Positions 48,430-62,419 of a stretch of DNA of 64,000 nt are shown here, in pieces. The stretch lies in NCBI GenBank assembly GCA_965649765.1, contig OZ287753.1:7502001-7566000 (forward strand), in the 5' to 3' direction. The first letter of the stretch is position 1, and each line of letters starts with the position of its first letter. This DNA is from Bispira polyomma. Its lineage: Eukaryota. The notes beneath the pieces were generated by a model. That model worked only from the letters and a program-made list of their open reading frames with translations. It searched no databases and was not told the DNA's origin. The translations under genes and the position numbers were made by a program.

Positions 48430-49940
48430 CTGCTTCCCGTTTTGATTGCTACAAGTTGGCCAGACCTTTCAGACCCTGGTAGGATCAAAATTATTGGTGA
48501 GAGATCTGACGTATCGCCCTACGATCGAGCGTATTGGCAATATGATCTGACGGATTCATAACCCAGAACATGAGGATTGAACTTTATAAAAATGAATTTG
48601 GGACTGGTATGCGAACGCTATCAGACCCTATGAATACCTATTTTGAGCCCTAAAACTCATGGATTTTTAAGTAACTAATTTAGTACAATGCCAGCAACCG
48701 ACAAGAGAAAATGTATAAGGAAACTAGGGACTTTTTTAGTTTGTTTTTTTTAATTAGAAATACGCTTCCTCATGTTTATGCTGCAACAGGAAAGAGACAA
48801 GGTTCGGGCTCAGGCTTAACAGGAATTAAATCCAAGACCTCCACCAGCCCTTGGGCTCCCCTGGAGAAGGTACGGCTTCCACGAATGTCACCTTTACACT
48901 GGGCCAAGCCCTGGATCGGTCGAAGAGAGGCCCTTGTATATTACACAAACTTAATGCCAGAGTTAGAGGGAGGGGATGGACCTGCATACAGGAACTTCTT
49001 TAAGTTGCCACCAGATCTATTCAAGGAATATGAGACCGAAAATCTGGCCTGCTCAACCACATTAGCTGACTGGATGAAACTGGAAGAAGTCTACAGAAAT
49101 AGATAGAACATCCCCGCGATGTGGGCTCCATTGACAGAAACCTCCCAAGGCTGGCAGTGAATTTTTTTTACTACAAAGGGCTCCATTCGATTGTGCTGTT
49201 AGCCTTGGTTAATGGTGACTACAGATTTGTTTGGGTAGACATTGGCTACAGTGGTTCCTGTTCTGACGCTCAAATTTTGAACCATTCGGAAATGAAAGAA
49301 AGGTTGGAAGATGGATCCATCTGGCTCCCAGACCTGCACAACTGTTTAAAGGATCCAGACATGATGTCAACTACTTCCTCCTGGTGGACGACGCCTTCGC
49401 CCTGAAGACCTGGTTGATGAAACCGTATTCCAGGAGAGCACTGACTAACCAGCAAAGGATATGTAATTACAGAATATCCAGGAGAAGTAGGGTCGTCAAG
49501 AATTCCTTTGGAATATTGGTCAGCAGGTTCAAGGTTCTACTGACAACCATGCAACAACATCCTTTAGTGGCCACTTTAACGTGTGTTATATTATACAACA
49601 TCCTAAGAAGCTGCCGTGGGAAGCCAGCACTGGAGCACCCAAATCCTCAAGATGATCCGCCTGAGCCTGAGGAGCAGCTGGTAGGGGATCAATTGGCCAA
49701 CGATAGGAATCCATCTAGAAGGGCGAAAGAGCAAAGGGACACTTTGATGGACTACTTCATGAATGACGGAGCTATCCCGTGGCAGAATGACAGAATATGA
49801 AGTTTGACCTGAGCCTGAGCCTAACCACCTGATTCTGATAAGAAGCCACACCGAACCTGATTACTTGAAGTAGCTGCAACCAAAAAAGGTCCTTTTCAGG
49901 ACCATCCAAATATTTCAAAAACAATTACTAAGCTGTTTGT
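48430..49940 (+). mobile_element. Another Harbinger family member, frameshifted transposase
   Basis: YYKGLHSIVLLALV...GSCSDAQI, DDAFAL..WLMKPY, RSRVVKNSFGIL, CVILYNIL. Confidence 0.85.
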
Positions 49941-50665
49941 TACACCCCTTACACATCTCACAAGACACACTTCATAAAGTTCAGACCCACCGCCCATACA
50001 TGTAATATTTTTGGCCCAACCATAGAAACATAGTAGATTCCCACCAAACATGAAATATGTTTGACCCAAACACACACAGTGATGAAAGAAACCCCTTAAT
50101 GAAACAGATTCGAACCCAAGGCCTTAGACTAACATTATAAATTCCTGGGAACCCCCATAATATATAAGCTAAAGATTCCCCAGCAATACATAGTTTCATG
50201 GGTCATTCAGTGTAACAGATCATTTTTTCAAACTTTGTCATTTGTGTGACCACTTGGTTGGGAACAAAACTGGGTTTTAACCCTAACAGTGGTGTAACCA
50301 CTTGTTTGGAAGAGAAATATCTCAGGAAATGTTTGTTTTTTGTCTATGAGAAACTCCTTCTATTGCACAACTGTCAAAATATGGGGTTACAAAGAGTTTC
50401 TCATTTTTTTTCTAAATTGTTTCTAAATCATTTCTTTTCTCTTAGGGGCTTTTTCTTTCAATTTGGTAATTACTTAGGCTTTCTCTATTTATGTTACTAG
50501 GAGATTTACTGTCATATAATTTTTACTTTTGGGTTCAAACTCTGGGTCAGTGACTTATAACTTCTGTCTGTATGTGTGACAATTATTTTTGTGGGGATGG
50601 TGTAATGATTACAGTATAGTATACTAAAGTTGTGTTCAAGGGAACATATTATTCCAAAGATCACA

Positions 50666-50885
50666 GGTTTTCACAGTAGTTTTCAAAGAAACAGTTTTAA
50701 TTGGTTTTCACAGTAGTTTTTAAAGAAACAGTTTTAATTGGTTTTCACAGTAGTTTTTAAAGAAACAGTTTTAATTGGTTTTCACAGTAGTTTTTAAAGA
50801 AACAGTTTTAATTGGTTTTCACAGTAGTTTTTAAAGAAACAGTTTTAATTGGTTTTCACAGTAGTTTTTAAAGAAACAGTTTTTA
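50666..50885. repeat. 37-bp tandem repeat, ~6 copies
   Basis: ggttttcacagtagtttttaaagaaacagttttaatt. Confidence 0.95.
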
Positions 50886-51481
50886 TTGAACATGTTTGTA
50901 AATAAAAGGTCTTTAAAATGTGATAAAATTGTTTGTTGTATCAAAACCTTATATTTTAAAATTTTAAATATAATGTGTCTAAAATTGTATGACATTAATT
51001 GTTTGTGGTACTCTTGTATCATAACATTGTTTGTAAGTGTAATGTCTGTTCGACAATATCAGCATTTTGTCCGCCCACCACAAAATGGCATGTCATATGT
51101 CCACTTTTGCAAATTTTACCTGCATTTTGTCCATCAGCATTTTGTCCTGGATTCTAAATGTTCACACATCACTTGATTACAATGACAATCCTTACAATAA
51201 AACCTCAGTATGGTGGGCTCTAGTTCAACGGGATTACCAATACAGTAACCACTATGGTTGATGTATTAAGGCTACCTACTAGACCTCGGACTTCTTCTCG
51301 GATCTCAGACTTTCCTTAGACTTTTTGTGGCGTTTCGCCACTACCCCCTCCCCTCTATTACCAATTCACGACTCCCCTCCCATCTCGGACGATCTCCACC
51401 CCCCTTCTCCCTCATTTTGCCCTCCTCCCCATTTTCTTCCTTAGATTGTGCTTCAGAGGGCCTTTTATCTGTGTTTTTTTG

Positions 51482-51745
51482 GACAAAAACATATGATCAG
51501 GGCGATTTTTATCCAAGTTATAGGTTGGAGACAAAAAAACTATGAATTTTGACCTGTATAAAGAATTACAGGTTTACTACAAAATAACATATGACCAGGG
51601 CGATTTTGTCAAAGTTATAGGTTGGAGACAAAAAACAATTCATTTTGATTTGTATGAAGAACTACAGGTTTACTACAAATACATGACCAGGGCGATTTTG
51701 TCAAAATTAATTGTTGGAGACAAAAAAAAAATCATTTTGAATTGT
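51482..51745. repeat. ~95-bp tandem repeat, ~3 copies
   Basis: catatgaccagggcgatttt...gttggagacaaaaaa repeated. Confidence 0.85.
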
Positions 51746-52489
51746 ATCACAGTTACCTCCAGACTTCTTACTAATTAATTGTACTACATGTCAACATAAT
51801 ATGACTACCATGTGTGCATCTTTAAAATAGACTTGATGAAACTTTTAAATTTAAGATCAGCCCCCCCCCCCCCCCCCCCCACAAATGCCACTCACCCTCC
51901 ATCGGACTATCGCCACAAAAATTGTTTTTCGACAGGACACTTCAGATCTACCAAAATAATTGATACATTGTATCAGGGTTCTTTGTCATGTTTTCGTTTA
52001 AACAAAGATTAATAGTAAGTGTCATCATTAATGTTTCTAATGACATTCTGTGTTCCTCTCTTCCTTTTATGTCAGAAAATTAAGTAAGTGGTCCCAATAC
52101 TCTTCCATAGTCACTGGTTTTAAACGTTGCATGAAGATCAAAGGAAATGAATACTTATGGAATATTGAGGTTGCCTAGTTTCAAAGTGATATTCACATCT
52201 TAACTTTTATTTAAAATTAAGAAGTTATGTTGTACATTATCTTTAAAAATCCTTTTATGTAATTTAATTAAAAACTGGTATAGCACAAAAAAAAACTCAT
52301 AGAATAAGTCACTGTGAAAGAAACTATTAATGCAAATTAAAAAAATCCTCGATCACATATAGTTATAAATCACCTCAAAGGGGGAAAAGGCAAGGATTTT
52401 GCCCCCCATCCCCCCCTTGCGAAACACACCTCCCCTCCCCTGTGACAATTTCGTCCAACCCTCCCCCCCCCCCCCCCCCACACACACAC

Positions 52490-53007
52490 GTAAATTGTAC
52501 ACAAATAGTTCAAAGAAAACAGGTAGTTTGTCATTATTTCATGTAGTTTTGTGTACTTCTACATTTGGGAATAGTATATGCACAAAAACGAAATGCAGAC
52601 TTCTTTAAAGCCCTGAACAAGAAAAAGTGTAAACGGTAATAGATAGTTTACTCTTTTATCCTTTTATTAAAAAGGATCAATAAAGTAATTAACGGTATGC
52701 CCCTTAATAAGGTATACCATTTTGTGTACTTTCAAATTTGGGCCTAATACAAGCACCAATCAGCAATGAAGAGTTATTCAAAAGCTTAGTCAGTGAAATG
52801 GTAAAGAGTAATGGGTAGTTTACCGTTTTGTCTTTTGATAAATATAAATCAATAAAGGAATTAACGGTATGCCCCTTGATTGGGTAGGGGGGGGGGGGGG
52901 GTATGTAAGGTCTCAAACAAAAAAAACGGTAAATGGTAAAGGGTAGTTTACCGTTTTTGTCCTTAAAAAAAAATCAATAAAGGAATTAACGGTATGCGCC
53001 TTGATTG
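52490..53007 (-). mobile_element. Inverted terminal arm of the foldback-like family
   Basis: Reverse match to 32286-32690, ends CTTGATTG. Confidence 0.75.
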
Positions 53008-54266
53008 AACTCCCATGTGACACACAACATTTAGTGACTTCCAGATATTATATCCAACACAGTAAAACGCCCAAGCCCCAGCTGTCTATTGTTTAAGGCC
53101 GATACACTGGCCTGCTGGTACACAAATGATCACAACTTGCACCCCAGGAAGAACCACTGTGAAGGAGGAAGACACAAAAAACGTGGATGCCTTTTGAAAT
53201 CTTTTCCTTTGGAAGTCCAATCTCACACTGAAGTGATATTGTACAGCACTGACCAAGGAAAACCCCTGACCCTTTTCCACCAATCACATTATGCCACATT
53301 CACATTATATTTACTACACTTACTTACACTTTCTACCAAGTGAATTACTCTAAGTCTGCACATGGTTTCAGGCCACACTAGCCTAATTCAACTAAAAGGC
53401 CATTTTAAACTAAATATTTGTTTTCTACTGACAAGTGGTTTTAACCACAAACACATCCATACCATAATATATCCTGAAACTAGAAAAGTACATTTACACA
53501 GGGCAGAGGTGGGTGGATGTTTGAATGTTGTCATTCTGTGACCATGTATGTGTAAAAGGTGGGAGAATTTAAAACGAGGCTGCCTTTAATTATTTTAAAG
53601 CCTTTCATACAGAACCTTTTTACTAGTGTACATATTTATCATGTTTTTGTGTGATGCTATTTTATCTTGCACTAATTATATTTTAATATGGGCCTTGGGC
53701 CTGAAATAAAATCTATCTATCTATCTATCTATCTTTAACATTAGCCACAATCGATGAAATCTAGAAAAAGACAGGTACCCCAGAACTAAAAGCGCCCAGG
53801 TGTTGATTATACACCTGCTGCAAATGGGAATTCTGTCACGTGAACAGTTTAAAGCTTATGTAACAAACCACAGAAACTTCGAAATATGTTGAAGTGAAGG
53901 TGAAGGGAAACATATATTAAGTATAATCTACAACATATATTAAGTATAATCTACAACACTACTAGTCCTTGGAGAAATATCTGTACACAATGGTTTGACA
54001 AAACTATCGACCTAACAATTTGATGTAGTCGTTTTAGAGTCCCTTTATGGCTGTATAGAATAAGAGGAAGTTTTATGTGTTTTCAAATAAAATCTATACC
54101 TACTTTAAAAAAATATCAGTGTTAAACTTATGATCATCCATTTGTATTATGTAAATATATTAAACTTTTTGTGTAGAATATATTATAACTATATTAGGAG
54201 GCTATTATAGGATATATACTGACAAACTTATATGGTTTCATCATGGGTTCCTCCTACAAATGTATA

Positions 54267-54523
54267 GGGGCCGCGGTGGCCTAGTGGTTAGCAAGCACTG
54301 CGCTTCACAATCACTGGTCTCTCACCTCTGGGCGGCATGAGTTCGAATCACGTCGATGCCTATGTGGGAAAGGTGGTAGTTCCTTACTGTGGGCCGCTGG
54401 TTTCTCTGCAGAACCTTGACCGACTGTATGCAGTGTTTCCTCCAGTGTTTCCAACTACCCGTCCCAATATAACCTACTAAAAGGTACTAGAGTGGACGTT
54501 AAATATCCAAATTCAAATTCAAA
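54267..54523 (+). mobile_element. tRNA-derived SINE, young copy
   Basis: Perfect 15-bp TSD tcctacaaatgtata (54252-66, 54524-38). Confidence 0.93.
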
Positions 54524-56528
54524 TCCTACAAATGTATACTATATGGAGTTAGTCTGCTGTGCACTTTAGCAATTCTTTTGGATGAAAAACAATGCAAAGG
54601 TAATGTACTAATTGAATTTGTCTGCTTGTGATAAACATTTAACATATTGTATGTAACACTATAAATATAGGGGTTGTACAAATCGACCAGCACCTCTTTT
54701 TTATATAAAAGCATTGTTGTTGGACATTTTGGCAATGACATAATTTAGTATACAATTAGATGATATAAAAATATGTTAGGTAATACATTTCGAAAACAAC
54801 ATGCATTTAATTAATGACAAGCTGTCAATGGTTAATGAAATATTACATAAAAGTAGTACTACTAGTTATCATGTTACTATTAACAAAATGCACTCTTCTA
54901 TTTGGTAATAAATATTGTAATTTCTAAGTATTCATATTTGTTATAAGAGGAATGATGTAATTGTGCACATATTATACATCTATAGATAATAAAAAACTTT
55001 AAAAAAATAGTGTTACATTGTTATTTCTAAATATTGATATTGCATAAAAACATTGACAGTTAACAGAGGTTATATAAGCAGTGGGAATATAATTGAGTTG
55101 AGAAATAAGACATCATATCCAAAATCACTAGAAATCAAGCAAATAGACCATCACAGGCATAATTAAGAGATAAGCTGATATCACAGAACCCATCAATGAG
55201 GATCAACTACGAATCATTAACATCAGATTATACTGAGTGCTCCGAAAAAAACAGATCTACATAAAAAAGAGCCATGCACTTTTGAATTATTCAGCTAGAA
55301 CTTCTGCCATGTAGCTGTCATTAAAAATAACCATGTGTGAGTGGATTTAAATTCGGGGCAGACAAAGTGGTAAAATAATTGAGGACATTGCTGATTGCAA
55401 GACGACCTTTCTTCAAGAATAAAAAGAGATCTAGAGAAAAAGAATATCTGAAACTATCTAGACTTTAAATAAGTTTAGATAAAACCATTGTATAACATTA
55501 CACAAGTTACTCAAGTTACACGCCATTTGATGACAATAAATAAGAGAAAATAAAGCCACTGTATCAAATTAAAAAAGTTAAAATAAATCCACTGTATGAT
55601 GATTATAGAATGTTGCGACCAAAAAGTGGGTTTGGTTGTCAATGAACGGACATTTTTATCGCAATGGAAACGCAGCCAAAATTGCAAGGCCAACATGAAA
55701 GTGGGACCCGCCCTTAATATAGCACAAACAATACCTTATGATTCCTGTTTAAATAATGTCCCCAATGCATGTTGGCTTTGTGATAACTTTTTGCCAGTTA
55801 ATTACAAAGTATTTACAAACACCAAACATTTCATGTCAGTTTACAGGAATTATTATAATGACATAAGCACACAAAATGCTTGTACAGTAATACTTGTACT
55901 CCCTACCATGCTATACTCATTAAGATAATTGAACGATGAAAGTCAATGAACTAAATTAGTAATAATTCAGAATATGGTTGGTGGGAAGAAATTCTTTAGA
56001 ACAATGTATTGACAAGTCAAACTCTGATGTAGGAATGACATTGGTGGGGGAAATATTATGTCACCAAATTATGTGTTGTTGAATGCCAGTGTAAAAATAA
56101 ACCAAATGTCCCAGGGGCTCACGTCATACCCCACATGTGAAGGTGAGACACTTCTCCTGTTTCAAAAACATGTCTTATATTTGTCATGATTATATCCTCT
56201 TGAGATACATTTCCACAATTTAGTAAAACTTTTAATACCCCAAAATGTATTTTTTCATCGACAGTTTTAATGTTTGATGGACATGAACATGTTTTAACAG
56301 GAACGTTATAAATGTAAGTATTGGCCTGGTTTTGGATTGGCAGGTGATTGCCAATATATAAGGTATAACTTTGTGACCGAAGAACTTCATCCTTACTACA
56401 TCCCATAATGTATATGCTGATTGACTTTGGTTAGAACTTTGAATCAGATGTAACTTTGAGTGTAAGCCTTGATGGTTCTATGTTTTAAAGTAAACTTCAT
56501 TTGATGGCTATTTTGAATGTAATTTCAG

Positions 56529-58172
56529 GTGAACCATTTTGGCTGAATCTAAAAAATCAAAACTACATGGCAGTCTTCTAAGCGCACATGTAGATATACA
56601 GGAATAGTACACACCAGTTCACTTGCTGTGGATGGATGCACAGATCCACTGTTTGTAAATGAATGCTGCACCCATACAGAAAACGAGTCTAAGGCCTGGT
56701 GGTCTGTAGATTTGGGGAAGATGTATACAATTGTTCCTGTGAGGCTGTTCAACAGACAGAGTGGTCAGTGTAATAAATTACTAATATTTTATGTGTATTA
56801 CATATTAATCCAGTGCATTCTATATTTAATATAGGAAAATGACAGATTAAGTTAGTACAAAAAAGAAACAACTGGCTAATCTGTCAGTAAATTAATCTCT
56901 TCACTGCAAACTTTATCATATGATACTTGTTCATAAGAGTGTATATAAAAAACTAATAGTACTTAAATGGTATTGTGTATCTTTTACAAAATTGTTGACA
57001 AAAACATATAGTTTGTAATCAGGTAAATATTCATTAGTTCATTCAGAAATCGTATATAATGACCTTGCTTTTACCCTTTACCTTGGAGTTGTGACCTAGG
57101 TTTTAAAGTATTTACTAATGTTTTAGCTTCGGAATGGCTTGTCATACCTGGTACAAATATTTTCATTGGAGATTCAGACAGCCAATGTAATTTCACTATT
57201 ATGTTATTTTGAGGTATTTTTACATAATGCAGAATTGATGAATGCATCTTCAAAAGTGAGTTTGCTTTGAGAAGGGAGACTTATGTAACATAGCATTGGT
57301 CATCATCCATATGCAATGATAGCTGCACATCTTGTCAAATGAGTTTGTCTGTCAATGTGCATTATGTCGTTACTGGGAATGGAACCTTGGACCTTCTAAT
57401 TGGTAACTCCGTAAACACTACATAATGGAACACCAAATGTAGTGAACTTCATGTTATGTTCTGATAAACTATATGACAGGAGATTCAATTTTGGTACAAC
57501 TAATTTTGATGGGTTACATCACAAAAGGTGGATAAGTAAAATTTCTTTACCATGACTTTGTGTATTTTTTTAGAAATTTTAGTCAGCTTCAATGATGTAA
57601 TTAGTTAACAAAAACATTAAATAACATGGAATGATATGTATGATTGCTTTGCAAATGAAAACAGGCCAAACAATATGACATAATGACAGCTAAGTATTTT
57701 TTTTTACTTTGTTTTGGTTTTGAATAAAACTTTTAAACATTTAGTAGTTTTACAGAGCTTAATTACCAACATTTGTCATTTAATATGACTTCTACAACCA
57801 TAAAATTGAAAATGATTAGATATTTAAATATTATATCTAGGTATGTTTACCAAGCGCTAAAATACTATTACATATATTCTCATTTTTGAGAAAATGTTAA
57901 CTATACATGGCGTTGGGTATATTGTATGGTAAGTTTTCTCAACGAAACTTTTTTATTGCTCCCTGACTGTCATTTTTATGGGGGTTACAGCTAGATAATT
58001 CATGTCTGGCTCTCTTTTCAGCTGACAGACTGCAGAAGTTCTATATATATGGATCCACAATATCTCACAGACCCTCTGATGACCTTGATAAAGCTACCTG
58101 TGCTTACATAGAAGGCCCGTTAGGAAGTGCTGAAACAAGGACATTTGATTGTGGTATTGTTGTAAGAACTAG
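56529..58172 (+). pseudogene. F-type lectin (fucolectin/FTP) domain exons 56529-56763 and 58022-58172; +1 frameshift in the first
   Basis: KTTWQSS...LAVDG...CCTHT...AWWSVDLG...VRLFNR | ADRLQKFYIYG...TC...TRTFDC...RTR; AG/GT boundaries; first exon 235 nt. Confidence 0.75.
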
Positions 58173-59314
58173 GTAAAACTAATTTACACTGTGTACGCTA
58201 TTTATCAATATGTTTCAATCGGGCTGTGATTTAATTGTGGTATGCTATTCATGAAATGTATAAATTACCCATGGTAACTTATCCTTACATTATCCTTAAA
58301 TGATACCCTCTAGATAATTTGTATAGTAAAAAATAATATCCAATAGGAATGGATGACTGGTATTTATATTGTTAAATGTGATTTGTGATTACTGTATTTT
58401 TCGTATAATTATTTTCTGTTGTTGTCATATGACATTTGTGGGTATACTTTGGTTGGTTTTCCAGTTCAATTTACAAGTAGATACCAAATAAGTAAATTAC
58501 CCAATTTATGCGGCAAGACTAATTATATCCACCAATTTAAGAAAATTTGGTCAGACATCCTGTGTACTGAGTTACTAAAATGGTTCAAAATATTAATATG
58601 AAAGGTGTTTTGAATAAACATGGTCCATTAACAAAATTTTTGACTCGACCAAATAATCTGTCCCTATTTAGCGAGATTCCTTGCTGTTATTTTGACGATG
58701 GCATCACAAAAATGGACAGAACGGCTTCCATAAGCAAAACGTTGTCAATTTAGTGTGACGATAAATGGCCGACAGAGTTGTGCCAATGTATGTGGTTTTA
58801 CGTTTTATTTAATATTAATTGATATGTACCATATCCGCACGAAATAACAGAAAATCGGCTACTATATCATATATAAGGAATGAGGGTAAGGTATATATTT
58901 ATTTTTACCAGGTTCTATATATAAGGATTTGAAAAAAGCCAAACATACCAAGACCAACTGAACTACTAAAACAAAATATTATTTTCAATACGGCTATAAA
59001 TCTATATAGACCATAGTTCTTGTCTTAAAGGTCCTGAACTACAATGGAGATGTCAACAACACTAAATAATACATGCCCAAATGTGATGATCTTTAGACTC
59101 TTTCAAAAAAGTTCAATGACTTTTTACTTGAAGATGGAATTTCCCCTCTTGCTTCAAAACCGCTTATGGTGCCCCCTTACTAAAAATGGCTTGCAAAAAA
59201 TGTGCTGAAAAAGTATAAACCAGTATTTAAACTAATTTTTGTCTCTGAACTCACTGAAAAATCTGTTGCAAAACAAATGTATGACTACCTTTGCAAATGA
59301 AGAAAACCTTAGTG

Positions 59315-59406
59315 TGCAGTGTTTCCTCCAGCATTTCCAACTACCCGTCCCAATATAACCTAAACAGGTACTAGAGTGGACGTTAAATATCCAAATTAAA
59401 AAAAAA
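59315..59406 (+). mobile_element. 5'-truncated SINE (3' half)
   Basis: Matches SINE 3' body and tail. Confidence 0.85.
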
Positions 59407-59439
59407 TACACTTAGGGTACCATGACTATTTCAATTAAT

Positions 59440-59695
59440 TGAAGTTGAATTTGGATATTTAACATCCACTCTAGTACCTTTTAGTAGGTTATATTGGGAC
59501 GGGTAGTTGGAAACGCTGGAGGAAACACTGCATACAGTCGGTCAAGGTTCTGCAGAGAAACCAGCGGCCCACAGTACGGAACTACCACCTTTCCCACATA
59601 GGCATCGACGGGATTTGAACTCACGCCACCCAGAGGTGAGAGACCAGTGATTGTGAAGCGCAATGCTTGCTAACCACTAGGCCACTGCGGCCCCC
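59440..59695 (-). mobile_element. tRNA-derived SINE
   Basis: Full reverse copy, TSD ctatttc(a/t)attaat. Confidence 0.92.
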
Positions 59696-61387
59696 CTATT
59701 TCTATTAATCTCTCTCTATATATACATATAGAAATACCCCATGAATATTATATAAAATAAAGGGGATATATACGTTTTCGTTTAAAAAGCAAATACATCT
59801 AATTTTATATACATATATATACATCTATATGCTGTGTATATATAGCAGCGAGGGCTATTAAAAATATGTGAATCTATCTGTGTAGAGTGTAATATGTCGA
59901 GGAAACAGTATTTAAAAAAATGGCAAATCGCTTTATTATCACATAGTGAATATACTCACGGATTATTATTTTTAAAAAAAGCAAGCCCTTTTCTGGACAT
60001 TTTGGAACACAAGAAAGTAAGTAAACTCTTTATTTTGTCATATACATAAAAATTTAAGAGGACCCGATCCATAAGATTAACTTACCACCTTGTAAACTTA
60101 TATTTCTATCATCGAGAGCACCCACAAGTACCAACTTCCATATAAAGACATTTTCTCGTCTTCAGCAAAAAGATGTCAAGCAGTATAATGTACACATGTA
60201 TGTTTAATTGCTATTTTCAGGGAGTTAAGTGAAGTTCTGTTAATTTTCGAAACACAAGAAAGTAGGATAAACTCTTTGTCATACGAATACAATAACATTT
60301 CTTAAAATTTACCTTGTGTCTTATTAATCCCTTCAATTTTCTTTTCAAATATCCTTACATTTTATCTCCTTGTGCTTTCTAAACTATTGCCAATGTTTGT
60401 CTGTTAAGATGCTTTAAAACGTCACATGTGTGTGTGGTCAGCCAATCAGAATCACTGATACAGTAAACAATGAAATCGCTTCATACAAACAGACATTAGG
60501 GTGAGCGAAAATATATGATGTTTTGTACAAACGAGTATGGCAATACTACTTCATCTTCTCGACCAGTGACTAGTCGACTATTTTAGTATTCTTCAGCAAT
60601 CTTCCATCTTTATATGTGGTGACCACAGTTCCCCGGTAGCAGGCTAAAGGATCCGAGGTCACGAAGACAAGGTAAGTAAACACAGAATGCGGTAATTTAT
60701 TTATTAGACTACATGTTAGAATCTACTATGTACATGGTGACTCAAAGTCACCTGGTCAAGTTATACAAGATACTTAGGATGACTTAAGGTCACGTAAGTA
60801 TCAAATTAATATCATTAGGAATAATAAATAAATTAGCTAAAGGTCACCTTAGAGTACTTTAAGTTGTAATACCCGAACCCGAAGATTGGAAGATAAGGTG
60901 ACTTTACGTGAATAAGAAAAAGTTTGGATAAAATTTAACATTTAATGTAGCTACTGTACTGTAGCAAAACTGGGCGTACCCAAGTCTTTAATTTACAACT
61001 ACAAAAGTATTTTAAAGATGTAGCTACTGTACTGTAGCAAGACTGGGCGTACCCAAGTGTTTAAGTTTAACTAGAAAAAGTATTCAAAGTTAGCTTAAGT
61101 ATGAAGCTACTGTACTGTAGCTAAATAAAGTGATGACAGCCATTTACAGTATAATCATTTAGACCTGACATAGAGATACTTAATAGAAAGCAGACCGAAG
61201 TCCGTTTAAGAAGGTATAATTACATAATACTGTTAAGCTTAAGGATTAACTTCAGTTTTACGACAAAGGTAATATGTGAAATGAGTGATAAGTAAAATTA
61301 CGTAATTGTTTTACATAACCATTAATTATTACGTAAGAGAGGAGTTAATTTTAAAGTTGAAGCAGCCAAACCCCAACACAGTAGGAG

Positions 61388-62375
61388 CTAGGAGGTTGGA
61401 GGGAGTAAGTGCAGTTTAAAGGAATCGGCTACCTGATTACCAGCATCCGCGGTGTCAGTAACATATCTCCAAACACAGTCCGACGTCCAGGTGCCATGTT
61501 TTTGGATATTCTGAATGCTTACGTTATGGTTAAAGGCAAAAGTGGCACCTGAACGACGGAAGGCGTGGAGGGTAAGGCCAGAATGTTGGAGTTTAAGTTT
61601 AAGCAAAACACTTTTAAAATGACGTCGCACTCTGGTGTCTGTGAGTGGAATCCAAGCATTGTTAACCTTAATTTGGAACAAAGGAGAATTAGGTCCCAAA
61701 GGAGTGAGTCTCATTAACGCCTTCAGTGAATCCACAGGGCACAAAAGTGAGCCAGGTAACCGGGGAACTGTAAGTAATTTAATTTGGTTATTGCTCTGCA
61801 TGGTTTTTGACCACTTGATAAGTAAGACGGCCTTATCGGGGTGAAACAAAACATCCCCCCTGGCTAGATGTTTAAGAGGAGAGAAAAGTGCCCAGAATGA
61901 GGGACCAGGTTTGAAAGTCTAAGAAAAGAAAAGAAACTAAGCAAGTATACAGCTTTGAAAACTACACCCATGTAGGTTGAGTGTGACACAGAGACAATAT
62001 TCTTTAAGGTTGGAATATCTATAATTTTCTTAAGTTTAACTTGAAGGGGAGTGGTAAGTTGTACAGCCTTTTGATAATAAGCTATACGCGGATCACTGAA
62101 GGCTTGAATGGGAACATTATGTACTATTAATTCAGCCTTGATAGCAGACAGATAATTCGCCATCTGAGCCGGTTTGACTACATTAAAGTGTAGAACTTCC
62201 AAAAAACATAGTATGTGAAACGCAGTCACCTGACAAGTAGGCCACTCCATGAAGATCATAAAAGCCAAGTACACTCTAAACATGGCTCTGTAAGACCTGG
62301 CAGTGGACCTGCAGAAGGCCAGGTGCAGCTTTTTAGTAGCATTGTCATACAGTTGTTTTTGCAACGGAGTTCTAT
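61388..62375 (-). pseudogene. Tyrosine recombinase, frameshifted at ~61890
   Basis: FLRLSNL (R box), HAFRRSGA (HxxR), HGTWTSDCVWRY (catalytic Y); frames join as VPHS.../FSPLKHLARGDVLFHP. Confidence 0.85.
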
Positions 62376-62419
62376 CTGAAATACAAGTTGGTACAGGGAA
62401 GGCGACTCACAAAGTGACA

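Noticed and set aside
58911-60245. Candidate last exon of the F-type lectin (acceptors at ~58911 and ~60220)
   Set aside because: The first hits a stop within four codons; neither gives the expected YV...LCEV motif
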